From Malacoraja senta (taxonomy: Eukaryota), in the NCBI GenBank assembly GCA_038087875.1, contig CM075993.1, positions 994,001 through 1,058,000 on the forward strand: DNA of 64,000 nucleotides, read 5' to 3'. A program made the translations under genes and the position numbers. Below are positions 26,316 through 39,062 of the stretch, one piece after another. The notes under the pieces are model-generated. The model saw nothing but the letters and a program-made list of their open reading frames with translations, had not been told where the DNA came from and did no database searches. How positions within the stretch are numbered: the stretch's first letter is position 1; every line of letters begins with the position of its first letter.

Positions 26316-27031
26316 TTGACTTGATTGCATTAATGTATAGTATTATCTAACCTGGATAGCACGCAAAACAAAATGTTTCACAGTACCTCAGTACATGTAG
26401 CAGTAATAAGCCTAAACCAGTTGCAATCAAAGAATGGTACGTGCAATAAGACAGAGTTTCTTCAGTGAAAGAATTTGCTTTACCCAACAACAGCCTTTGA
26501 TAACAAGTGCAATGGAAAGGAGCTGATTGGACACTACTACACAATCTGATAAATCACACAGGAAAGAACGAGAGATGTTATTGGTGTGAACAAGGCGAAC
26601 TACATCAGGCCGATGCAAAATTAATGTAATAACAATCTGAACTGTGCCGTCAAACTCCACTTGGTTCTCATCCATCATCGACCTATTACACATGCCTTTG
26701 TCCAGTAGTATTCCAGAGCCCAATAATGATCACATATTGCAACTGTGTAATCTATTCCACTCGGGACTACTCTCTACATTAAACAGCACTGCTAACTTCA
26801 TCCCAAATACTGTCTAAGGCATTGCTGTACGCCATTGCCATACGCCGGTTTGTACGATCGACTGGGCTACATCCACAATTCTCTGCAATTTCTTGCGATC
26901 TTGAGAGCAGAGCATTTGCAAAACCAACCTCCGAGACATCCCAATAGGATGCTTTCCATTGTGCTTCTGTACAAAATGGTAAAGGGCCTGTCCCACTTAC
27001 GCAACTTGCCGGCACCCGTCATAGTTTAAAC

Positions 27032-27371
27032 TAATAATAATAATAATGGATGGGATTTATATAGCGCCTTTCTAATACTCAAGGCGCTTTACATCGCATT
27101 ATTCATTCACTCCTCAGTCACACTCGGTGGTGGTGAGCTACTTCTGTAGCCACAGCTGCCCTGGGGCAGACTGACGGAAGCGTGGCTGCTAATCTGCGCC
27201 TACGGCCCCTCCGACCACCACCTATCATTCACACACATTCACACGCAGGCAAAGGTGGGTGAAGTGTCTTGCCCAAGGACACAACGACAGTATGCACTCC
27301 AAGCGGGATTCGAACCGGCTACCTTCCGGTTGCCAGCCGAACACTTAGCCCATTGCGCCATCTGTCGTCCC
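27032..27371 (-). mobile_element. tRNA-derived CORE-type SINE with L2-like tail and (TTA)n end, nested in a MITE
   Basis: Head gggacgacagatggcgcaatgggctaag...ggttcgaatccc; core gtgtccttgggcaagacacttcaccc; tail tgtaaagcgccttgagtattagaaaggcgctatataaat+(tta)n; MITE TIR at ~26983. Confidence 0.8.
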
Positions 27372-28701
27372 TGATATTTAAAATCTAGCAGCAACCAGAA
27401 AAAGGTACGACTCTTTGGGCGACTACTCACGACCATACAGGCGTCACCCCCCAACGTCCAAGTGAAAAAATAAGGTCGGACAAGATCAGAATAAGTCAGA
27501 GAAATTGACACCGTTTCTTAAAAAACTTTGGCTGTTTTTTCACTTGGAGTGTAGTCTGTATTTGTGTAGGAAGGAACCGCAGATGATGGTTTACAAGTTG
27601 GGCCGAAGGGGCTGTTTCCACACTGAATCACTCCATGACTCTAATGCCACCATCTTCTGCTCAGACGTAGGGTCAGACTGCAGATTGATCAGCATTAGCC
27701 AGAAGGTTCAACCATCCTCAAGGGAGTTCAGAGTTTTAAAGGATTTACCTCTGTTTGGTATTCCCCTTATCAGCATTGCTTCATTTGACTTCATCCAGTT
27801 TTGCCATGAAGTGTACTGAGGTACAGTGAAAAGCTACGTGTAAAGGTCGGTGCAGTTGGTCATAGCACGTAAACTGACCCTTCGGCCCACCTTGTCCATG
27901 CTGACCAAGTTGGCATCTTGGGCTAGCCCCACTTGCCTGCATTTGGCCCATAGCTCTCTAAACTCTACCTGTCTGAATGTTCCCTGTGTTTCTCTGGAAG
28001 CGGTTGAGTTGCATTGGCCGTAGCCTCAGAGTGAGACGGACAGAATCTCCGCTATCATCGAACGCTGATACTCGCCAGTCAATTACAGTTTCCATTTGTC
28101 CAGTTTGAGTAAGGTGTGATTGGCCTCCAGCTGGTAAAACAGAGTGAAGGCTGAGACACCGAGAGATTCACGCTGATTCTATGTCAAGCATGAGATTACA
28201 CCTGACACATTTCAGATACATTTTGTAAATGATTCTCTGTATTTCGATCTACTTGCAAGTTGCTGATGTCCACAGATCAACGTATGTTTAGCAGAGTAGA
28301 ACTAGTTTGTAAAACTTCTCCCCATTCAGCGGCAGGTGTGTTTCCGGATGCATCTTTCTCCTCAGCCCTCCTGTGGTGCAGCTGCACCTCGTATAGAGGT
28401 TGCAACTAATGTAGGGGTGACAAATCCTCTTGGTTTTGCAGAGCATTTAATGAGAAGCTTGTCCCACTCCTGAAACTCTCAAAAGTACCCGCTTCACCCC
28501 CTGCTGTTCCTCACAGTCTCCTCAGAGCGGGAAAGTGAATACATTCCCTGCTGCCCTTTGGTCACTTGTCCCAATGCCTCATGTGGACAGTTAAAGTTTG
28601 TCTGGTTACCATTCTCCAAGGCTGCTTGGAACGTAATGGCGGTAAAGTTGCTGTCGGACCAAATGGAAAGTCCAGGCGTAGTTGGTGTTCGAAGTAACAT
28701 G

Positions 28702-28842
28702 CTTCTTCTTCTTGCGTATGACGTGCACAGCCTAAACTTGTGGGACAACTTGTTCTATTTGATCTTACTGGGTTGTGCACGCCAGGTTGATTGCATTCGT
28801 CGAAACAGGGCGGACCACGTGAAGGTTGCAATCTTCCACCCC
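28702..28842 (-). mobile_element. Short non-autonomous retroposon with 5' HDV-like ribozyme fold and (AAG)n tail, copy 1
   Basis: GAAGTAAC duplicated on both flanks (28691-98, 28843-50); tail catacgcaagaagaagaag; homologous to 44305-44440. Confidence 0.85.
28789..28842 (-). ncRNA. Predicted minimal HDV/CPEB3-like self-cleaving ribozyme (54 nt)
   Basis: GGGGUGG(P1)-AA-GAUUGCA(P2)-ACC(P3)-UUCACGU(L3)-GGU(P3')-CCGCCCU(P1')-GUUUCGA-CGAA(J4/2)-UGCAAUC(P2'); all helices pair, first pair G-U; activity untested. Confidence 0.8.
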
Positions 28843-30007
28843 GAAGTAACCGCGATTTATTAAAACTGGCGTGCAGCTGGAGTCCGGACAAAGCTGATCT
28901 CCTGAGCGTGGCTTTGTTACAGCTTTAACATTCTCACAGAATTACACAGAAACTTGATTAACAGTAAAACCCGGTCTTGATTGCAGAATGGAGGTTAAGG
29001 ACCTGTCCCACTTACGCTATTTTTTCGGCGACTTGCCGGCACCCGTCATAGTCGCAGCAGGTCGCCAAATTTTCTTAACATGTTGACAATCCAGTGGCGA
29101 CTAGATAAAGGTTGTGGGGTGACGCCTGTATGGCTCGAATGTTGTGATGAAATGGGGCACAAGCAGGAATAGTAAATGTGACTATTTGGCAAAACTCATT
29201 AAATCCACACATAGACACATCTGCAAACCTTCCATGAACCATCCTCAAAACATTGATAATGATAATTTCAATGAGCTGACGCTACGACACATAGTTTAGT
29301 CATTGCTCAAAGGATAAGGCCACACACAAATAGAAACTATGGAGAATGGCCAATTAGCTTGGCTGTGTTGGTTGACAGAGGACATCTCTGGGTCTATCAG
29401 GAGCAGATCAATTGGACTCTCAATGTCTATGTCAATAGGAAACTCAACAGACAATGCCTTACTCCATGTGTAGGAATATGTAGATGATGGTTTAAACCGA
29501 AGGTAGACACAAATGCTGGAGTAACTCAGCGGGTCAGGCAGCATCTCTGGAGAGAAGGATTGGGTGACGTTTCGGGTCACGAGCCGTGGGCCAATTTCAA
29601 CAATGTTTTGAGGATGGTTGACCAAGGTTTGCAGGTGTCTATGTGTGCATATAATGGGTCCCACCAATACAATGGCGATGAAGGAATGGTGAGATGCTTC
29701 CAAGGCAGGTTGGAGCGGGTGCTGTGACTCCCATGTTTACAGGCTTTGTCCTTCAGTTCAGGGGTAGCTGGACTGTGGGAATGATGTCTGGTTTCTAGAA
29801 CCCTGCACCAAGGCTTCCAATTCCACCAACGCTCATTGATAGAGAATGGCCATTTGAACGAGATAGGAGGTGGTTGTAGATGCCTGGACAACCCAACCAT
29901 TCCCTGGCCCTGCAGCAATACATTCGTTTAGTTTTGTCAAGAGATACAGGGTGAAAACAGGCCATTCGGCCCATCGATCACACCGACCAGCGATCCCGGC
30001 ACATTAA

Positions 30008-30457
30008 AGGGCCTGTCCCACTTAGGCGACCTCTTAGACGAGTTTAGGAGACTCTGCGCTCGCCACAAGATCATCACATGGTCACAGGTGAGTCTCCTTC
30101 ATGGTCAGGAGGTGTTCCGGCATTCTGGGAACTAGTCGTGGCCTCAACATCTTGAAAAGTTTTCTGCGACCAAAAATTGGTCTCCATGGAGAAAATCGAT
30201 ACTTTTGTAGTCATAGGTCTAGTTATAGTGGGGTCGTAGGTAGTCGTAGTTAATCGCTTTTGCTGACCGGTCATTTTCATTGACTCATTGCGAAAAAAAA
30301 GATATGTAAACAGCGGCACGTGATTAAGTCGTAGATAGTCGTAGCTTGTCTTCTACATAGTTGTAGGATGCGTTTGATATTCACTTTTCGGCTATTCAAC
30401 AAGACTATGACAGTCACCTGCACTCGCAAAAGAAGTCACCTAAATGGGACAGGCCAC
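30008..30457. mobile_element. PIF/Harbinger-like MITE inserted in an HE1-like SINE
   Basis: TIRs agggcctgtcccacttagg / cctaaatgggacaggcc; TAA duplicated; flanks rejoin to the SINE sequence gcacattaacactatcc. Confidence 0.8.
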
Positions 30458-32254
30458 TAACACTATCCTAGACACACTAGGGACAATTTACACTTATACC
30501 AAGCCAATTAATCTACAAACCTGGAATGTGGGAGGAAACCGGAGATCTCGGAGAAAAGCCATGCGGTCACGGGGAGGGTGTACAAACCCCATACAGACAG
30601 CACCCGTAGTCGGGATCGAACCAGCGCTGTAAGGCAGCAACTCTACCGCTGCGCCGCCCTATGTGTCTTCACGAGAGGAAGATGGAAATATCATGTGAAA
30701 ATTGGAAGAAAAGCAGGATATTGGAAATGATATAAAAACTATTTGTGCACGACATTCTGCCAACTCTCCATCACGAGAACAATCACTAAAAGCAAAGAAC
30801 CTCCCTGTTTGAATGTTCCTGCTAAACTTTTAAAGACATTCCTTTGCTTTTGTTTCATTAAATTACAGATTCACGGCTTGCCAAGCTGTTGTAATGTAGA
30901 GGAGTCACACAGGCTGCTGCTGCTCGCAGTTGATGAATACAAATGAAACTCTTGTGTATTATATATATTCCTTTCTTTCAGGACTGCTGCTGCTGCTGTG
31001 ATTAGGCATGTTCTGAGAAATCTGTCGGCCTCTCACTAGTAAATGGAGGAAGCCCTTACTTGTTGCTAATTCCCACTGCCCCTCCACCATGCCATATGTG
31101 GGCTAAGCTTGCAGAGCTCCACGACAAGGCTGCTACTGCCTGGGTTTGATAACCCTCTGGCCCTCATCTGCTGTGGAGGAGGGACAACTAAAAGCATTAA
31201 TCACACTTTCTCACCACCAATTGCTGCATTTGTTTTTATACCTAATGCAAGCATATTCTGAATGCGCACAGGCAAGTTGAAAATGTCTCCTGCCTGCCCA
31301 TTCAATCTGGCCAAGAATCGTGGACCTATTGACATCAACGGTTCACACAGGCCATGAGTCAGCTGTGGCAGGTTACAAAGAATATGGCACGACTGTGCAG
31401 TGATAAGTTGTTCAAATCACTCTCACTGGAGTCCAGGATGGCTCTGGAGGTAAAGGCACCATCTGCTTCCTTTAAATTAAAAAAAACCACATCACGTCAT
31501 GTGATGAGCAGACTCTGGTTAAAGAGGCTGTTGTCAGCAGAACAATGAATGTTGTGACGAGCTCTGCCCCCAATCCCCAACCTGCCATTGTCCAAGACCG
31601 CTCCTCTGCCTAATGCGAGGCATTGTCGAGTTTTTCCAGAACTGAGTATTCATTGCAATTCTTTCTTGCAAAGATAGGTTAGGGACTTTCCCTTTCATTT
31701 CAAGAAAGCCAAAGCAATTTGTCGCTCAAATCCATCAAATGTCTTTGAGAGGTTGAGCAAGACACCAGAGGTTGGAGTAACTCAGCGGGCCAGGAGGCAG
31801 CACCTGTGGTGGGAATGGACAGAGGATGTTTCTGGTTGAGATCCTTATTCAATCTGTCTCCTTGAGAGGTTACACCTTTCCATTGTTTCTTCCATTCCTG
31901 AACAGACATCGTCCTCAAGTCTTATAGCTTCACACTAATTACTAACCTCACGTAAGTGACCAAGCAACTTGCAAACTAAGTTGTGGACGTCGTTTAGTTA
32001 TGGATCGAAGGTGGTATTAATCCCTGATAAAGTGGCTTCATTTCCCCCCAAATTAATGGAATGCAATGTTGCAAATTAATCAAAGTAGTGGGATGCAAGG
32101 AGAAGGAACAAGGTCAGACTTTTCCCAATTTCCAATTTAAGGATGATGAGGTCAGTTAGTTCCAGCCAAGGTCATGTATTGTGAGTGGCAGCCTTGGCAG
32201 AAGAGAACAAGTAATCTCAGTGGGTCTTTGCCAGTTCCAGAGCAAAACCATTGA

Positions 32255-33120
32255 TGCTAAGTGCCGGAGTAACTCAGCGGGTCGGGCAGTATGTGTAAGA
32301 ACGTGGATAGGTGACGTTTCATGGGTCGGGTCCCTTCTTCAGACTGATTGTAGGAGGGCAGGGGAAGAATGCAGGAAAAGGGAAAGAGGCAAGACAATGC
32401 CAGGCAATTGATAGGTGGATACAATTAAGGCGGGGGAGGGGCTAATAGGCAGATGGTTGGACAAAGGCCAGAGATGAAAATACAGAAGGTGTGAGACAAA
32501 AGGATTGAAGAGTTGCAAATTGTGAAGCTAGAGGAAGGAATGTCGATGGAAGGGGTAGGGGAGGGGAGGAATATGTGCAAGTCCAGGCGGGGCACAGGAG
32601 AGAGAGGGGGAGGGGCAGGGGCAGGGAAAGCAGCAGGGATGAGGGAAGAAGGGGGTGTGGGAAGTTTATCGTAAAATTGGAGAATTCAATGTTGATACGG
32701 CTGGGGTGTAAGCTACCCAAGCATGCTGTTCCTCCAGCCTCACTCTGACAATGGAGGAGGCCCAGGACAGAAAGGTCAGTGTGGGAATGGGAAGGGGAGT
32801 TAAAATGGATAGCAAATGGGAGATGCCATAAGCCTAGGTGGACTGAGCACAAGTGTATTGGTGAAACAGTCGGCGAGTCTACGCTTGGTCTCGCCAATAT
32901 CCCACACCTGTGTCCACCTGTTACCTGTCAGGCTTTGTTCTGCCCCCTCCTCCCTTCCTGCTTTCTTTCCCCTCCCCTTAAAATGAGTCTGAAGAAGGTT
33001 GGTGACCCGAGACATCACCTACCCATGTTCTCCAGAGATGCTGCCTGGCCAGGTGAGCTACTCCAGCACTTTGTGTCTTCTTTTGTAACTAAAGAGCATC
33101 TGCAGTTGCTTGTTTCTGAG
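32255..33120 (-). mobile_element. Penelope-like retroelement remnant: GIY-YIG endonuclease C-terminus plus 3' UTR, with an inverted terminal copy at the truncated 5' end
   Basis: Minus frames give IGETKRRLAD..., HFNSPSHSHTDLSVLGLLHCQSEA, LGSLHPSRINIEFSNF; 32900-33120 is a + oriented copy of the terminus. Confidence 0.85.
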
Positions 33121-33544
33121 ACCTTTGCTAGCTGTGTCCCCTCTGTCACCAAAGTGCCTTACACACATAACCTGACAGCTGCAGCTGTGAATCTCCCCAC
33201 TGTTTTCCTGAATGTCAATTACTGCACCTTCATTGCTGCAAGTTCACATTTGCAACGTATACTGTTCAGTGCATACACAAGCTCATTAGACGGAGCGTGG
33301 GGCAATTTAACCAAATTCTCTGAGCCTGCAGATTATAATGAAGTAATGGGAGTATAGCTGTGAGACTGAGTGACTTTCACAACAAATCCATTCCCCTTGC
33401 TGGTATTAAAGACGTGACATTTTCATATCTCAACAAGAGACTCCAGAGATGCTGGAATTTTTGAACAAGGAACAAACTACTGGAGGAACTCAGCGGTTCA
33501 GGCAGCATCTGCGGAGGAAAGCCTAGTTTTTGGCTCCAGGCCAA

Positions 33545-33815
33545 AGGCTGCACAGTGGTGCAGCTGGCAGAGCCACTGCCTCACAGGGCCAGAAACCCGG
33601 GTTCGAACCTGACCTCGGGTGCTGTTTCTGTGGAGTTTGCACGTTCTTCTTCCTGTGACTGCGTGGGATTCCTCCGGGTGCTCCGGTTTCCTCCCAAACC
33701 TCAAAGACATGTGGGTTATGAGGCTGGCCTCTAGAGTGAATGGAGAGGGTGCAAACAGAACTAGTGTGAATCGTTGAAGAATGGTCAGCGTGGCCTCGAT
33801 GTGGCCTCTAAACTA
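33545..33815 (+). mobile_element. Older HE1-like V-SINE
   Basis: gcacagtggtgcagctgg...gggttcgaacctgacc...gagtttgcacgttct...ccggtttcctccca. Confidence 0.7.
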
Positions 33816-33852
33816 AGACCCTTCATCTAGTTCTCCCTGAATGACAAACTTA

Positions 33853-34187
33853 AGGGCCTTAAAGATCCCACTTACGCGACCTTTACAGGCGACTGCTGGC
33901 ACCCGTGATAACATGTTGAACATTTCGGCGACCAGAAAGACTCTGGAGACCTCTCACGACCATAGGAGACCTTTCACAACCATACAGGCTGTAAGGTCGT
34001 GAGAGGTCTCCTATGGTCCTGAGAGGTCTCCTGTGGTCCTGAGAGGTCTCCTGTGGTCCTGAGAGGTCTCCAAAGAGTCGTAGCGTCTTGCTGGTCGCCG
34101 CTGATTTTTCAACATGTTGAAAATGTTGGCGACCTATGACGGGTGCCAGCAGTCGCCTGTAAAGGTCGCGTAAATGGGACAGGCCCT
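33853..34187. mobile_element. PIF/Harbinger-like palindromic MITE with internal 20-bp subrepeats
   Basis: Long inverted arms cccacttacgcgacctttacaggcgactgctggcacccgt / acgggtgccagcagtcgcctgtaaaggtcgcgtaaatggg; TTA/TAA flanks; (gagaggtctcctgtggtcct)x3. Confidence 0.85.
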
Positions 34188-35837
34188 TAACTCGCCCTTC
34201 TGCCTTGAGTTATGATCTGAATGCTTTGAGTTTGACAGGATCGAGCACTGCAGTTACTCTTACTCAATTTACCCCCTTTTGTGAAAATCCAAGGTGCCAT
34301 TCCCCTCTCTTTCATGGTGAACAAGGCACCTGCCATATATCAGCTTCAGTGCTCAACCCTGCTAACCATTAGAAACTTAGCACAGTACAGCACACAAACC
34401 AGGCCCTTCGGCCCACAACTTCTGTGCCAGCACCAATCAGGGCCAGCCGCAAGCAACCTGCGGCAGGATGGTGTGCTGGATGGCCCATTGTTGGTGTGAT
34501 CTCAAAAGAGGGATGCAATGTGGAGGACTATGGAGGAGGGGGGCCGGGGGGAAGGGGCATGGGGAACGGGATATGGGCCAAATGCAGGCAAATGGAATGA
34601 GATTAGATGGGGCATCATGATCAGCGTGGATAAGATGAGCCAGAATGAGTGTACTGTATGGGTCTATGATTCTGGTTATAACTAAGACCCTCTGATTCAG
34701 GCAACATCCTGGTAAACCTATTCTGCACCCTCCAATAATCAGAAATTTATCAGACCTGGCTGGATTTCAAAAGGCACTGAATTCTGGCGAAGCCTTGGTG
34801 ACTTCACTGGGAGCAGAGAACATTGAGCTCATCGCAACACAGTTTGTGGTCTCCATTAACATACACTGCCCCCTCCAGTCATGAGCAACCACCTCGTCAT
34901 GATGGCAGCTAGCTGTTCCTTGGCATCTTTCCACCCATCTTTCCCTCATTTCTTATTATGTTCACATTCCTTATTCCCTCCCTCGTTGAGGGCAACTCAT
35001 TCATGAGCCTGCCCTGGTCTCTCCTTCACCCCCATTCTGCCTTACAGTGCCAGAGACCCACCCGCGTTTAATCCTGACTATTGAGTTTGTACCAAAGGTA
35101 GGCACAATGCTGGAGTAACTCAGGCAAGACAGGCAGCATCTCTGGATAGAAGGAGTGGTTGACGTTTCGGGTCCAGACCCTTCTTCAGACTGGACTCGAC
35201 CCTTCCATCCAGAGATGCTGCCCGTCCCGCTGAGTTACTCCAGCATTTTGTGTCTATCTTCGGTAAAGCAGCATCTGCAGTTCCTTCCCACACATACTGA
35301 GTTTGTACATTCTCCCCGTGACCTGCGTGAGTTTTCGGTTTCCTCCCACATCCCAAAGACGTACGGGTTTGCAGGTTAATTGGCTTGGTATAAATGTAAC
35401 TTGTCCCTAGTGTTTGTCGGGTAGTGTTAATGTGCGGGGATCACTGGTCAGTACGGACTCGGTGGGCCGAAGGGCCTGTTTCCGTGATGTATCTCCAAAC
35501 TAACCCCTACTAAAAACCTAAACTACACAGCCTTTCAAAACTACCTTCAACTCCCTGCTCCTCAAACTAATTATCACAGTTTGCCTCTCTCATTTTCCAC
35601 CCAATTTCGTTGACTCGCTATCTCACACCACTTCTAATTTAGTATTCCCAGTGTTTATTTATAGTCAAAAATATGCTGGCAGGCACAATTCATAAACATA
35701 CATGTCATGTTGCAGCTACAGTGCGGTTCCGTCAGATACATTTCCAAAGACCTTTAACGTTATAGAGGTGCTGGGACTCAGTATTGGTGCAAAGAAAGCG
35801 ATCAGCATTATCACCCTGGATTTAATGGCTTTTTTAT

Positions 35838-36123
35838 TTGAGATACAGAGCAGAAACAGGCCCTTTGGCCCACCGAGTCTGCACCGTCCAGCGATCCCCG
35901 CACACTAGGGACAATTTACACATACGCCAAGCCAATTAACCTACAAACCTGCACATCTCTGGAGTGTGGGAGGAAACCGAAGATCTCGGAGAAAACCCAC
36001 GCAGGTCACGGGGAGAATGTACAAACTCCGTACAGACAGCGCCCGTAGTCGGGATGGAACCCGGGTCTCCTGCGCTGCAAGCGCTGTAAGGCAGCAACTC
36101 TACCGCTGCATCACCGTGACTGC
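35838..36123 (-). mobile_element. HE1-like V-SINE
   Basis: Same family as 12328-12627. Confidence 0.85.
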
Positions 36124-37332
36124 CACCCTGTCTTGGTTTCATTCCTTCTGATCACTTTGGGCTCTCATCTCGTTCTGACCTTAACAGACCTCTTACCCCT
36201 ATCGATAGACACAAAATGCTGGAGTAACTGAGCGGGTCAGGCAGCATCTGTGGAGACAAGGACTAGGTGATGTTTCGGGTTGAGACCCTTCTTCCCGTCA
36301 ACTGCTCCTGCCTGTTCGGCTTGAGAACACCAAGGCCAAATACTGTTGCTGCACTCTTACACCAAATCAACAAATTAAACGCTAAAACTACAACCTTGGA
36401 GAGAAATAAAATAAACTCAAGAGTTTTGTTTCCTTGTTTCCTTTCCAACTCCTTCTCTTTCCTACATGGGACAGGCAGCAGCATCTCTGGAGAGAAGGAA
36501 TGGGTGACGTTTCGAGTTGAGTCTGAAGATGGGTCTCGACCCGAAACGTCACCCGTTCCTTCTCTCCAGAGATGCTGCCTGACCCACTGAGTTTTACTCC
36601 AACACTTTGTGTCTATCTTCAGTTTAAACCAGCATCTGCAGTTGAATCCTACACACTTTCCTACCTGGTTGACCTCTGTCAACCATTGCTGCAAATTCAA
36701 GGTCATTTGACTTCCTTCTCTCTGTCACCATGCAGTATTTATTGATTTTGGAGGAGGTGAACACATATCCCCAGCGGCAGTATCTATTCTAGGATTCTGC
36801 CACTTGACCCGTTTCCCAGAGACAGTTCCCAGAATCCTGGCATCTCAGACATTGGCACTTGTGTTTTTTCGAGGAATAATGAGCGCCAAGCACTCCCACA
36901 TCAGCTGGAAACATCGCTGTTCAAGTTGTGAGAAAGCATGAGTCATGGCTCTGCTTCTGTGCATGCCACACCAATTTAACATTAGCTGAAAATATTTACA
37001 AGATTTCTTTAAAAATAATATTTGTCTCTGTGCCTGATGGCTCAGATATTGAGTAAGTGAGCCATGTAGACAACTTCACAGCATTCATTCCCTGCTCCTG
37101 TCATGCAAGATAACCACGTTTGGGTGCTAATCGGAAGATGGAGCAGAACCAGAGCCCTTCAGCCCTCGAGTCTCGTCCACCATTCCCACGTCGCAGCCTA
37201 TTATGGGGGGAGATGATTCCTCTACGACTGCTTCCTGCCATCACCCCAGAATAGACTAGCTCTAACATTAAATAACCCTTGCATTCCCTCTCTCTCCGTC
37301 CCTCCCACCCAAGCCTTTGAATTAGTTTTAAA

Positions 37333-37532
37333 GAAGGAACTGCAGATGCTGGAAAATCGAAGATACACAAAAAAATGCTGGAGAAACTCAGCGGGTGCAG
37401 CAGCATCTATGGAGCGAAGGAAATAGGTAACGTTTCAGTCTGAAGAAGGGTTTCGGCCCGAAACGTTACCTATTTCCTTCGCTCCATAGATGCTGCTGCA
37501 CCCGCTGAGTTTCTCCAGCATTTTTGTGTACC
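37333..37532. mobile_element. Near-perfect fold-back PLE terminus pair
   Basis: aaaaatgctggagaaactcagcgggtgcagcagcatctatggagcgaaggaaataggtaacgtttc mirrored exactly around a loop holding CTGAAGA-agggtttcggccc-GAAA. Confidence 0.9.
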
Positions 37533-37555
37533 TTTGAATTAGTTTTACTGTCGTC

Positions 37556-37975
37556 CTATGGAGTTCCTGTGTGTGTATAACTCGTTGTCACCCATCCCAT
37601 GGCCAACTGGGATACTCCGACCTCCGGCCTGCGGCCTATAACATCCTGAAGCCTCAGTCTCCGGTAGCAAAGTGCCGAGTCGGGACCTCCAAGCCGCGGA
37701 GTGTGTTTGTCCATCCCGACGTCGGAGTTTGGATCATCCCGACGAGAGTGCCTGTACATAGGGCCATCAGTGGCGGTGACTACGGAGGGGTTATGGCCCC
37801 GACCACGGGTGAACAAAGGAGGAGGACTGGCTGAACTTTGTTGCCTTCCACACAGTGGTGGATGCTTGTGTTAAATTTTATTGTGCATTGTGTGTGCTTT
37901 TTAAGTGTATCGCTGCTGGCAAATTCATTTCACTGCACCTTTGGGAGTATGTGACGAATAAAATTGACTTTGACA
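37556..37975 (+). mobile_element. Unclassified GC-rich element with LINE-like 3' UTR
   Basis: Homologous to 5590-5850; ends gtgacgaataaaattgactttgac. Confidence 0.55.
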
Positions 37976-38394
37976 CTGGCCTATTGTGCGCTCTGCATTT
38001 CATTTATTATCTTTGCTTTTTGCATATCTTCCATTAATTTCTCCTAAATATCGTCGATATCTCTGGTTTCCCTTTCCCTTAACTTTCAATCTGAAGAAGG
38101 GTCTCGACGCGAAACGTCACCCATTCCTTCTCTCCAGAGATGCTGCCTGTCCCGCTGAGTTACTCCAGCACTTTGTGTCCTCACTATTTTTGTAGGGTAT
38201 GTCTCTTAAATAACTTACAGGTGACAATCAGAGGAAAGAAATTCTCTCTATCCACCAGCTGAAGGGTCATTACATTAGGGTGAAAAAGGGGAAAATTGCC
38301 AGGCCTGATGCCCTTATTGTCAGCCCTTTGGAATGAGGAAGATAGACACAAAATGCTGGAGTAACTCAGCAGGACAGATGGTTGTAAAGAGAAA

Positions 38395-38785
38395 AATACC
38401 AGAGTGCAGAATTACATTGTTCAATGACATTATACCTATAGCAAGTTGACCACAAAGAACACAATATTCCAAATGCAGCCTCAACAACATCTTGTACAAC
38501 TGTAACATTGGGTTACAGCCTCTATACTCAATACCCTGACTGTTGGAGGACAATGTACCAAATGTCTTCTTGACCACCTCATGTGTCCACCTGTGTCACC
38601 ACTTTCAGAGAACTGTGCCACCTGTGCACCTAGATCCCTCTGCTCTACAACGCTCTCCAGGGCCCGAACATTCACTGGGAAGGTCCTGCCCTGGTTTGAT
38701 TTCCCAAAAAACAATGCCTCGCAATTATCTGTATTAAACTCCGTTTGCCATTCTTCAGCCCACTTGCCCAGTTGATCAAGATCTC
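38395..38785 (-). mobile_element. Older CR1-type RT fragment
   Basis: Minus frames: VVEQRDLGAQV; VKKTFGTL...GIEYR...LQLYKMLLRLHLEYCV. Confidence 0.8.
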
Positions 38786-38809
38786 ATAAAAAAATAACTG
38801 TGCACGTAC

Positions 38810-39062
38810 ATGCACACACTTACACACATACTCACACACAACACACACACACTTACACACACACACACACACACACACACTTACACACACACACTTACCA
38901 ACACACACTCACAATCTCTCACACACACACACCAATACGATCTTATGCACACACACACACTCATGCACAGACACACAGTCAAAAACTGACACACACACAA
39001 TCTCTCTCGCACACACAAAATGTCACGCACACACACACGCAAAAAACACACACACGCACACT
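38810..39062. repeat. Imperfect (CA)n microsatellite
   Basis: Directly visible. Confidence 0.95.

Noticed and set aside
28650..28950. Possible solo LTR hosting the ribozyme element (AATAAA on minus strand, TG...CA candidates)
   Set aside because: No convincing TSD or second copy found, so boundaries cannot be supported.
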